The notes under the pieces: model-generated
What the model was told of the DNA's origin: nothing
Seen by the model: the letters and a program-made list of their open reading frames with translations, nothing else
Database searches by the model: none
Part shown: positions 1 through 11,009 of the stretch, piece after piece
How the letters are laid out: every line of letters starts with the position of its first letter
Position numbering within the stretch: position 1 is the stretch's first letter
Program-made: the position numbers and the translations under genes
Source: Catajapyx aquilonaris
Taxonomy: Eukaryota
Assembly (NCBI GenBank): GCA_000934665.2
Contig: JYFJ02001035.1
Location: 62,001-94,327, forward strand
Reading direction: 5' to 3'
Length of the DNA stretch: 32,327 bases

Positions 1-2677
1 CAAAAAATAATTCCAACTACTTTAAGACCTCACTAAGGATTGGATGGATTTAGTAGAAGCTCATTCCTAACACCGTCCATCAACCTGGGGCTTACTAATC
101 CAAGTCCTGCTCTCAGATCCTTCATCCTTCTCAAGTTTCGCCATGGGAAAGAAAACACTTGCGGAACTCGGCCCCAACACCTATTTAGAAGTGGCCATTT
201 CACGTCTCGGACGTGCTTAAAATGTTAAGGCGCTGCGTCTACAGGGAGACATCAAAGTTGCAAAGAGACACTCAAGGCAATGTCCCAATTAATATTAGAT
301 TACAGGTGGAGACAAGAAAAATTAACAAACCATGATCTAAGATCAAAAGCATATTAATGACTGCAGCGTTCCGTCTTCAGCCTCTGATTGGCATGAATTG
401 TAATGTATTAAGTAGGTAATGTATAATACAATAGCTAATAAATATTTTTGTATCTATTCACCAATACATAGTCATACACCAATATAATTATCCATTTTTG
501 GGAAACTGGGAAGAGTAGCTCTTAAGGGCTTCATAATGTAACGTTTAATTAACAGAATGGAGAGTACTGGGACTTGAAACTGGTATTTGGAAGCAAAATG
601 TTGGCTCAATATCATCACACTGGAAAAAAAAAGCATGGGACGTGAGCCAATGAAGCATCGAAGGGATATGCAAGTTGGGATAGTGCCCTGTGCATTAATA
701 TTTTGGATAGTCTGGTTGTTTGGATATGATTACAATTTTCCATTGATTTAATTTTTTTTCATTCTAGTGAATTTTCTAATTTTTTTTTATAGAAGACAGT
801 TGTTGTACGGTATAGCCAAATTGTAGTTGACGTTTTGCGCGGGTAGTGAACAAGATGCAAAAGATGTCATGTAATTTATCCAGGCATTTGCGATGTGGAT
901 GGGGGTAGAGGAAACGACTCTAATGTTGGGTGCCATTAGAGGCAGGGAATGTGACGGGAAGCGAGTGACGTAAGGCGTCGTCGTGACGGCGTCGGCATCC
1001 AGCTGCTTCCAAGCCCATAATTTCACACATTCCATTCCTCCATTGCCTGCTCGCTAATTTATGAAATCCTCTACCCTCTCCAATCCTAAGCTGTGCTACC
1101 TCAACCGCACCGATTGCTCCAGCCGCAACTTGTAAATGCAAACCTAGGACTCGGCCTAATTATTATTGCTGCTACGCCTGGGAAATGAGTTTCTTGGTCC
1201 ACAACGCACCCCACCGCATACTTGTCACAATTTAAGGGCCAACAAGTCGCAGACACCACAACCAGAAATGATACATATCGTGGGTATACCGCAGTGAAAT
1301 TGGGTGTACGCGAAAATACTAACATATCATCTAGATATAGTAGTATTTTTTTGTTTAAAACACCTGGTTGAGCTCCGCGGGCATTTTTTAGGCATTTAAA
1401 AAAAAATAAATGTGACGAAACAGAGAAGATCGTGCTACTTTTAGCTGAGAGCTCCTGCCATCTTGTGATATTTGAAGCAAATATGTACTTGCACCATATA
1501 CTAATCTAATTAAATTTTTGAAAAAGAGATTCTGCACATTTCCAAACATATTTACGTTGGTGCCTTTGCCATAATGCTCATTGAAGGAGCTTAGTGTGGA
1601 AGTAATGGTATTTACACAGGCTTTTGCACAGTGAAAAAAGGTGTTTAGCATACCCCGATCCCGACGAGGAAAATACGTGTTGTGGCGTCGGGTCGCGGAT
1701 TAGTGTGAGTGTTAATGGCACTTGCATTATTTGCACGCATAAAAATTGCACCGATTACTAGAGTGACATCAGAGGGTTGGGCATTGAATTGGACAGCATG
1801 ACATTACACTTTCAATTCTAGCTCAGCACCCTCTCTTTTTTTTAGGTATTTAGAGCAGATCCGACAATCCACATTTGGACTGTAACACAGAAAAAATAGT
1901 GTTGGAATTACGATTTCAGATTGGTTGACGATATTTTTCTGCCACATTCCAAGTTATCATTGGCGTTTGAGTCTCATATGAAAGGGGAATATGTACCGCA
2001 AAAAATGGTGTGAACGGCTCTTGGCTCATTTCCGATGCGCTGAATAATGACAGCGGAAGTAAAAATTCATATGTGCTGAGAGTGGAGTATAGGAACCCCG
2101 GTTATGGGGATGGGAGGGGGGGGGGGGCTAGGGGGCGAAAGAAGAGCCCAATTTCATTACGCGAGCTTTCAATAAAAATATCGAGCGGCGAGTTTGCCGG
2201 CGCAGAGTTTGGCCGCCCGTCTCTAATGAGGAAGGGAAATCGTTTGTTTTACCCATTCCCACGTTTACCATTCGTTATGGGCGCAGCTTGACAGCCGAAT
2301 ATGAAACGACCTAGCTTTATTTCCGCAGGTAGAACACAATCACAAGGCGGGCTCAAGGGCAAATTTTGTTCCAAGGCGAGGAGAAATAACGGTCAGTAAC
2401 GGTCAAATTTTCGAAACAAAATGGTGGACAACTGTCAGATTTTCAAACAAGATGGCGGGGATGACCTAGGATGACCCAACATTGTGTTCATTAATGAGAT
2501 TTTCTTAATTGGATGATCCCAAGTGGGCAGCAAGTTCAACGTGGGAGAGCAGGAGTTTAATGGGGCGTCCCTTGCTAATATGAGTGTGTTGGGAGGTCAG
2601 TTTGAGGGGACCCCCAATTATGTCGGATGCAGGGGAAAGTAGTGTTGGCAAACTGAGCAGAGTACTATTCCTTGCAG

Positions 2678-2866
2678 AAAAGTTCAACGTGCTTTACAAG
2701 GATAACTGGACTTGGCTGGTGGGAGAACAGCTAAGGTTGTTCGAGTTCAATGTGGTGGAGGCGACCAAGAAGGATGGGTACGACGGGAAGGACATGCAAG
2801 ATTCCGATAGGCAGTGGTCATTCAGCGGTGCACTTTTGTACTCAGTCACGGTCATCACTACTATAG
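2678..2866 (+). CDS. K2P (TWiK/KCNK) potassium channel, internal exon: extracellular cap and first pore helix up to TTI-G
   Basis: Acceptor ttccttgcAG at 2676-2677 and donor G|GTGAGT at 2867. Translation xKFNVLYKDNWTWLVGEQLRLFEFNVVEATKKDGYDGKDMQDSDRQWSFSGALLYSVTVITTI(G) carries the K2P P1 signature W-S-F-x-G-A-L-L-Y-S-x-T-V-I-T-T-I-G. 189 bp, phase 1 at both ends. N-W-T glycosylation sequon in the cap. Confidence 0.95.
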
Positions 2867-3488
2867 GTGAGTTAAGTGATTTATCATTGTTGTAAACTTT
2901 CTCAAAAGCAAAGTGTGACATGATTATGGACGACCAAACGCAGAGTAAAGACATTTTTTGATGAAAAATTTGTGTACACTATGAGCTACAAAACAGCTCA
3001 CTATGCATAAATGCTTATCATATTACAACAGTTTGCTCTCTGATCCCGCCTCTACATAGTTGGTAAGTAATTACGCTGCATTTTCACGAGAGCATGGACA
3101 CGAGGAGCATAATAAGAGCAATAGGTTGCGTTTTATTCAAACACGACGCCAGTCACTTTACTAGAAACAGATGTCATGTACTAGGAAATAAGCTCATTTA
3201 CCTAATAATCGGCAACTACATGTTTATGCCACCACAGGCACCAAAAACAGCATTAAAAGTAGCTACTCGGTGCAACAAGTTGTAGAGCGCACTTGTCCAG
3301 TTCATGGAGGGACAAATGACAAAAGCGAATCCATCGCCCATGTAATTTGATGTTAATACCATCATCACTCTCTCGTTGTAAAAATTTCCGATCGATTTCC
3401 CCACTAATTTGAATTTCCGAGGTTATTAAAAGCAGAATGGGATTTTGGAAAATAACGCACGGGGCTGTCTGAATGAAACATTTCATCG

Positions 3489-3987
3489 ATCATTTGCCTG
3501 CCTTTATTTGGAAGTGATGTAGGATCAAGGGTGGTGAAAGCCGTTAGGACCGTTACAATAAGAGCAGCCATCTTGGCGTCCACTTTCATAGCGCCTGATT
3601 GTTATGTAGGAAGATTTCTTTTACTCTGATTTTAAGACAGCAGGTACTCATATGTTAGTTATAACGTATAGTACAGCCAATCCTTGCAAACGTGACCATT
3701 AATTGCTCAATTTCTATGTCAACAGCTAAAGTGTCAATCATTTGCCTGACTTTATTTGGAAGGACTTACCCTTAGTATCAAGTGTGGTGAAAGCCGTTGG
3801 GATCGTCACAATAAGAGCGGCCATCTTGGCGTCCACTTTCATAGCGTCTGATTGTTACTTAAGAACATTTCTTTTACTCTGATTTTAAGATATCATGTAC
3901 TCATATGTTAGTTGTAACGTATGATACAACAAATCCTTGGAATCCTGGCCTTTAATAGCTCAATTTCTACGTCAACAGCTAAAGTGT
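3489..3987. repeat. Diverged tandem duplication, 2 x ~250 bp (3489-3734 and 3737-3987)
   Basis: Both copies run ATCATTTGCCTG...GTGGTGAAAGCCGTT...GCCATCTTGGCGTCCACTTTCATAGCG...TTTCTTTTACTCTGATTTTAAGA...GTCAACAGCTAAAGTGT, with scattered substitutions and small indels. Confidence 0.95.
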
Positions 3988-6987
3988 GATCTGACTTTTG
4001 GCCCAGCAGGAGTGCCAAAGAGCGAATGATAACCGGTGTGAAAGGCCAGTCCAGCCTTAAACAGCGAAAACACTTAAAGAAGATTGATCCTAGAGTGAAT
4101 CAATTTGTCGGCTCCACGAAATTGGCTAGAAGAGAGGAATGGGCTGGGTTTGCAGCACAAGCCGATAAAAAAAGGATCCTTGGTGGGTTTGCGGTGCATG
4201 GGGGTGGACTGAGGGGACTGATAAGCCGCCTGTTGGATTGTCACCTTGATCCGCACACAAACGGAGTACCGGCGTGTGCTTTTGGTCCAGCTGGAACGGC
4301 CACTTTCCATGCAGGCTACCGCTTGTTACAGCCAAATCCCCAGGCCCTTTTCGTCCCTTTTATCGCACTGCTTTTCTACAGAGTTCCCTAGATGCACTTT
4401 GCAGTCTACTACATACTGGATATCACCTTTGGCTTTCCAGCTAGATATATCCCAAGGGTAGACTGGACTAACTACGGGCGGTCAATATGGGGTAATTTTG
4501 CCGCTTTTGGACGTAACGTCAAGAGCTTTTATGGTAGATGCGATGAAAAGTCCACAAAATCCGCGTCAATAAGTGAATTATAGTGTTTGATGGGAGCTGG
4601 AACGCCTCACTTTTCAGGCTATCGCGTTTGTGTCAAACTGGAATTTAGGCCATGGGGTGCTCTATTCGTTGGCAATGCCTCCAAAAATATATATGAAAAT
4701 TTTGTGAAACTACATTATCATAGAGCACCGTCTCTTTGGCACTTCTCCCTTTCATAAAAATACGGGTGGCTGATACCTTTGTCAGAGTCTATAAATGATA
4801 TGCGCCAACAGGCACCTGAATAGCATTTTAATCCGCTGTTTGGCTCACTACAGAATCCTCTTAAATTATCTCGTGCTGAATGCATGTCACACCAAATTTT
4901 TACCCAAAAGGTGAGTGTTTCTCTTTCTGTTTTTATGTACATTATGAAAATGTAAATCTGCTAGGCATGCTTTTACTATTTCCGAAAACGACGTATGCAA
5001 GTTATTTTGCAAAATATTGGACAAATGTACTACCTGTGAACCCCCATTGCGTCGCATTGCTCGAAGGGAAAGATACAGAGTGACACAGCGATCAATTCAC
5101 TGCACGTACAACACGTGTGACACATATCCAGCAGTAACGCAATCATGAGAGTTTTTAAATGTCAGTGTGCTGAATATAAATAAAATACCCCACAGTGCTG
5201 TGTCGCATTCGTTCAAAATATATGGCTCAAAATTAGTTTGCCATGTATAGTTTTTAAATAATATGTGTGCTATAGTTCGCGTGGTTTTGATGCACTATTC
5301 AACTACATTTATGAGCTGTATTTATTTTTTTACAAAACCTATTAGACTGAAAATATTATACATATTCAAAAGTATAGTTGCCAGCCAGCATACTACTCTC
5401 GGATGTAGGATGCCTTCTAACAACTCCTGGAATCCATCTCCGTGCCAGAATTTACATAGGCTTTCAACACAGCAGGGTTTATCCCAACAGTCCGAGGCAC
5501 TCTGCATAGCGTCCGTTCTCGCCTGGCGTATCTAATGGCCAGGATGAACCCTGCAGTGTCTGTAACATATGGTTGTCTGCGTTGTAATGTGGAATAATAT
5601 TATAATTAACTTAAGATAGAATGTTATATAATGTTTCTAAAAGCAGTCCATAAAATACATAAAATATTCGGGCTCATACAGTATATCCACATGTGACTAG
5701 GGAAACTCACTGCAGTACTGCATGTAAAATAAACAGAACAATAAAAATTAGCTACAAATATTTAAACCGGAACCACCCATTGTTAGAACGAAGAGATTTT
5801 AATGATAAATTAGCATGCAAGTGTAAAAATACCATTTTTGTGCCATATCGCATGACAGGCTCTTCAAAGCGCTATTCAACACATAGGACCTGTAGTGAAT
5901 AACGGAAGTGCACAGTCAGGTAGTGTTGAACACAAACCCACTGTAAATCGGAAAAAAGTGGTATCATATTTAGCACCTAACATACCATGTTTCGCTATTC
6001 TCACAGCCTCAGGTTAGGTAGCCTCTAGTAACGCCTCTTTTATGCTGTAGTATCATTCAGCTTGGCTCCATGTTGGTTGTGGAAGCAGAACGGCGTGATT
6101 TTACTAGCAGTGCAGGAACCAGTTGTAAAATCAGGTTTCGGTAGGTTCAAGTTGTGTTGGGGAGCTTGGAGCATTAATTAGCAGGGCGTCCGTCCATCCC
6201 ATTTCATTCCATCCTATCCCATCACGAGCGAGCGCATAGTGTGTATTGGAGGGATCCCATTTCAGCTAATCACAGAACAAACAGACAGCAAGTGTGATGG
6301 AAAGGTGGTCGAGCTGGGCTTACTTCTGACCTGTTTTAGGACCAGGATGAATGCAGCCATATCCACCAATGATTACGCTCGCAATTTTTCACATAATACC
6401 ACTTGATACAAATTCATCTGGCAATAATATTGTCAGAGAGAGTGAATATTACATATGAAAATATTGGATGTGACTAGTTGGGATTACAATGTGTCTGGAC
6501 ATGTTTGTGAAAAAATTGGGGACTTTGGCATTGCTTTGGTTGAATTCAGGTTGAATGGTAGTGTGAAATTGTGTCACCAATATACATTATTAATCGATTT
6601 TTCCATATTGAACATCGGTGTCAACTCAATAAATTAATCAAAATGTCCGGAAATATGAACAAATGAATGGATTTACTAAATATTAAATATGGTATAAAAT
6701 TAATACTTAAAACAATTTTTATACCCCTAATTGCAATTATTTAATTTTTCAAGTCAATTTTGTAATTCATATAGTGAGAGTTCATTCATTCATTCATATT
6801 CATCAGACCTTGATCCCATTAAGGGGGGTGGCCAGTGATGACCAGATACAATGAACCCTATAGTGACTGGTCAGGCCACACATAGAGCACAATGGATGAG
6901 GTGATTATGAAAATAGTGGACAGTTAATTTTTTTACAATTGACCTTTGACCTCATTTTGTAAATTACCTAATAAAATTACATAATAA

Positions 6988-7167
6988 AATATGTACATAT
7001 TTTACTAGGTGTTCGAAAAAAGTAATTTTACTAGATTACTGTTTTTCAAAATTACTTGTTCATCTAAGTTAGATGAACAAGTAATTTTGAAAAACAGTAA
7101 TTTTACCAGAATATGTACACATTTTATTAGGTGTTCGAAAAAAGTAATTTTACTAGAATATGTACAC
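6988..7167. repeat. Perfect 67-bp palindrome (7035-7101) embedded between ~48-bp direct repeats
   Basis: 33-bp arms ATTACTGTTTTTCAAAATTACTTGTTCATCTAA-g-TTAGATGAACAAGTAATTTTGAAAAACAGTAAT. Flanking unit AATATGTACAyATTTTAyTAGGTGTTCGAAAAAAGTAATTTTACTAGA at 6988 and 7110, with a partial third at 7157. Confidence 0.95.
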
Positions 7168-8640
7168 CTTATAAAATGAATTAATATTTTCATAACATTT
7201 TGTGAAAAAATCACTCATTTTACTACTAGTAAGAGATTTACATCACAATTTAAAAATTACAGAGCAATTATACACACAATTTTCACAGATCATAAATATT
7301 TTTTGAGTGATTATACCAACACCGAGCACCGTCTTGAGAACAAGTGACAAGTTATGATAATGGAGTTTACCTGAACAAGACTCCCCAAGTTCGGATTCCT
7401 ATTAGCTCAAGTTTGAATGGTTGTGTAAAATGCTGCTTCTGTAATGAAGTTATAAGAAGAAGCACCAAAGGGGTGCAGAGTTGGTGAGCGCAGATTTCAG
7501 CCTAATTAAGTCCATTCAGAGGGTATGTCAATGATGTGGCCCAAGAGGAGTGATCGTTAAGTGGGTGGGGTCCTGGGAAGAAGGGCGGGTTTTCCTTCCT
7601 TCCATGCAACTTGTTCTCTCCCAGACCACAAATTCGACTTTGCGGCTGAAAGGAGAAGAGGGGCGAGAAGTAGTATCTAGGGCTGCAAAGTTTGCCCGGA
7701 TACGACGTGCGTATATTCTTAAGCCCTAGAAAATGGTGGTGGAGAAATAGGAGGGAAAAAGTTTCACAACCCTATTTCGATGCACTGCACTGACTACGCC
7801 CATAGGCATAAATTCTATGTTTTTTTTTATAGAACATGTTCTGCTTGGTTGAGGTTCCGTGTACCTCTGTTGTTCCGCCAACTTGATGCAAAACAGCGTA
7901 GGATGACTAAATTTGGTAGTATCAGCTGCCAACTTGAACCGCCTGAAAGTTGATACAAGGCTCGGTTTCAAGCTAATATCTACAATACAAGACGCCTGAG
8001 GAGGCAGAAGCGGAAAGTTTGGAAGCTAATCTGATTTTGGAGGCAAAACAACTGTCACTGGGCTTATTATGGGAAGGAACCATCCGTGCAGTTGGATTCA
8101 AATCGCACTTTAAGGCGTGTAATTGGTCATGTGGTGCCTCCTGCGCCTTCGCCCTTTCATTAATATAGGATTGTAACTAATCAAGAGGCTCTTCTTAATC
8201 TTGGGCTCCGATGAGCCCAGCTTAATTGCGTTACACCCTTACTAATAGTGAAAGGAGAGTAATTCTGGCTCCTTCTTGCAGGTGGTTTGAAAATAATGAA
8301 TATTCCTAGAGCCTAACGATCCTTTCATACGATACTCGAGTCCTTTGAGAACGAACCGCTTGTTTTCGTACGGATCCTAATTCGAGACCCGCTCGATAGA
8401 AGGTTCTGTCTTTTGTGTGCAGAACTATATAGGGATCTGGGCATGTTCGAATTAGCGTGTATTGTATTCTTTGGACACCACAGTTTTACACTATATTCGT
8501 TGTATTATACAGTAACGATGTATCGATATTTATGGGTGACGTACTGCGCCCGTTACTGGTGCGATGTGACGTCATCGGTTGTGATTGGCCGCAGCGCTTT
8601 TTTTCCCGTTTCCTTCACTTCTCCGGACGGCCATTTATAG

Positions 8641-8973
8641 ATCCCACTTCTGACACCAATGTTCATGGGGTTTCAATGACCACGCGGTGAGGGTACCCGT
8701 ACCCGTAGCGACCTGAGGCAAAAATGGTGCGAAACGGCATTGGACTGAATGACACTGCTTATCGTTTTCAAATATTTAAAAACGACCCTGGTAAATGAAA
8801 TTAATTAATTAAAATTATAGCGGCAGGTAGAGAAAAGAGCAGTAGGCTAACTGTGCAGGAGCGCCACCTGGCAGCGTGTGGAGCACCATCTAGGGGAAGG
8901 GTGGTGTGCTGGGGGAAGGGGTTAAGCAGGTAGAGAGATGTCGCACCTAGTGGGGAGAGCGAACTTCGCAACA
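8641..8973 (-). mobile_element. LTR retrotransposon relic 1: putative 5' LTR (~8660-8973) plus tRNA-Leu primer-binding site (8641-8658)
   Basis: Minus strand reads TGTTGCG...ATGAACA-T-TGGTGTCAGAAGTGGGAT. The 18-mer is complementary to the 3' end (including CCA) of eukaryotic tRNA-Leu(CAA/CAG) and follows a CA LTR end. The outer LTR boundary is inferred only from TGTT...AACA. No partner LTR or gag/pol was seen. Confidence 0.65.
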
Positions 8974-10523
8974 TCGATGCCACAAACAAACCCGATACAG
9001 TGAGAATGATGATGATATACTGTACATAGAGGGAATAATATTATGAACCTTCGGCTATTGTTTCATGGCACAAATGGCACTCTAGGGTTTCTCCGAGAAA
9101 TGCTAATATAAGCCATTCTAAACTGCACTTATCTACCTCCTTAACGGCCTGGTTGTAACGGGCTCGGTAATAATACATTGACGACCTACTATACTGACCA
9201 CAAATGAGAGCTTTTATAAGCGACACTGGCGTCTCTTAGGACAACTAGCCACGGTATAAAATAGGAATTCCAAGAAGAAGCGGTGTGGTGCAGAGGTGAG
9301 CTTTTCCAGAGAATGCTATGGAAGCCTGGTTTTGATGAAGTTGCAGCCAAGGGAAAGTGCGAACAAACTGCTTATGAATAAATGGAAGAAGACAAGCGGC
9401 GCGGGAGGAGAAAATTTCTGAAGGTGCTCTCCCAGTTTCAATCTGGGAAGAAGGGAGGGGGTGAAATAAGATGAGAGTTGAGGAACTGGGGTGGTAGGGA
9501 AGGGGGGGGGGGGCGACAAAGAGGCTCATAAGAGTGAATGAGTACAATTTGCAAACCGATGAAGAGGCAGGAGATTGTCGCCAGGAGCTAGAATTTTTTT
9601 TTCCGCTTCTGCTGACTCCATAGAGGGCAGGAGAATCTAGGTAGAATATTTCGCTACTAAGCAGTCCAAACGTTTGAAAACTGTTTTGGTCATCAAATGA
9701 GTCGTCAAACTCTATTTTGGAAGCAGGCAGACAAGCCGGTCGATATTTGGAACTAGTGAGAAAGGTGGACGAAGGGTCGTTCACCCGTTTAACACCATAG
9801 AAATATTTCGCAAAAAAAATGTATGCACCAAATTAGGAAATGAGTTGCATGCATCCAATATCTGCATTAAACATGAGGCTAGATCAAAAAGCAAAGCGAT
9901 ATGATTGATACGGACTCGTGACTGATGAATTGTTCAACAGTGCTGACACTGCAAGTTACATAGTTTGAGTAGAGGGGGGAATTTTGTGGATGCTGATTCT
10001 AGCAAACGTCAGATGGAAAAACCACTGCCCTCGTTCGTATACAAAAGCAGTGCACCACATTTGTCATTCTGACAAAGAGCAGTTTGATCGACAAGCTTTT
10101 TCCAGCGATTTTATGACTCTCCGCTCTGTATTTTTTGGGGGGAACTCTAGGGTCGTAGATTTTGAAAGCTACGGTCTTGTTTACCTTTCTAGTGATGACC
10201 ATCTCTATCACCTGGTAATTTGCAACTACTGGATCGGATCGCTACGATCGGGAGCCGATGAGAGTAATGTGCTACGGCCCGTTTGAAACGAGAGCTGGCT
10301 GACTGAGTGACTGATGCGGCGGAATTGACCCCCTATTTTCACACACAACCTGACACAGCGACCGCCCCATGATGGGCGTTTCACACCAAATCACACCAAA
10401 GAGCTTGATTTCAAACCCTTGAAATATCTAGGTCTATGACGCCTAATTAGGCTACGAAAATTAGCGCAATTAGCGTACACGATTTTGAAACATATCGATT
10501 ATATCAATATTATTGTTACGATA

Positions 10524-10632
10524 TCGATTTTACGATCATTTGCGATATTTTGTCGATTTTCAGATAATTTTGCGATAATTTGTCGATTTGCAGATCATTT
10601 TGCAATATCTTATCGATTTTACGATTATTTTT
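10524..10632. repeat. Degenerate 29-30-bp minisatellite (~3.6 units)
   Basis: TCGATTT...GAT.ATTT(T)GC.ATA units start at 10524, 10553, 10583 and 10613. Confidence 0.85.
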
Positions 10633-11009
10633 CCATCCTGCGCAGCAGTCATTCCACCAATACATCCTTCCAATGTACTTGGCTGGCTCCACATCAGAGG
10701 GCTTTGGCGCACCTCTCTTCCCCAAGAATGGCTCTCAGCTGATCGAGGAATGCCATCTTCCTCGCAACCTCCGAACCGGCGGTTTCGCTATCCCACTTCT
10801 GACACCAATTTGTAGTGCCCCACGATGAGGCGTCATACACCACAAAATAACACACGGGGAAGGGTATAAGAACCAGTTTGAAACTGTATTCAGGACAACA
10901 ATACACAATCCAGTAATGTTCCAAAATTTGATTTATTACATGTGTATTTGTGGACTTAAGCAGACAAATGGAGTAGTCCTGCATGTATAGCTGGGGGTGT
11001 GGTGCTACA
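10633..11009 (-). mobile_element. LTR retrotransposon relic 2 (Ty3/Gypsy-like): putative 5' LTR (~10811-11009), tRNA-Leu PBS (10790-10807), decayed gag start
   Basis: Minus strand reads TGTAG...AATAAA(10932-10937)...CTACA-AAT-TGGTGTCAGAAGTGGGAT, then ATG at 10756. MAFLDQLRAILG continues with one frameshift into KRGAPKPSDVEPAKYIGRMYW, reminiscent of the P-x-x-Y/F-D-G...W motif of Gypsy Gag. It is truncated at the neighbouring minisatellite. Confidence 0.7.

Noticed and set aside
1655..1705. GC hairpin (CCCGACG...CGTCGGG) followed by TTAGT as a Helitron 3' end
   Set aside because: The loop is long, the terminus is not CTRR, and no 5' end was identified.
2010..2291. ORF containing GYG (NPGYGDG) as an alternative pore exon
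   Set aside because: No pore helix or T-I/V before GYG, and it runs into a poly-G tract.
2584..2677. N-terminal part of the 103-aa ORF as the channel start
   Set aside because: It has no M1 helix, and similarity to K2P begins at a good acceptor at 2677, so this part is intronic.
8641..8658. tRNA-Leu gene at 8641 or 10790
   Set aside because: Only the last 18 nt match, including CCA, which eukaryotic tRNA genes do not encode. There is no cloverleaf, and a PBS explains it better.
9245..9784. 179-aa minus-strand ORF (also 4026-4391, 12133-12573, 14404-14934, 26294-26782, 31752-32183)
   Set aside because: No recognisable domain, they run through homopolymers or repeats, several use non-ATG starts, and such lengths are plausible by chance. 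Small nested exons cannot be fully excluded without RNA data.
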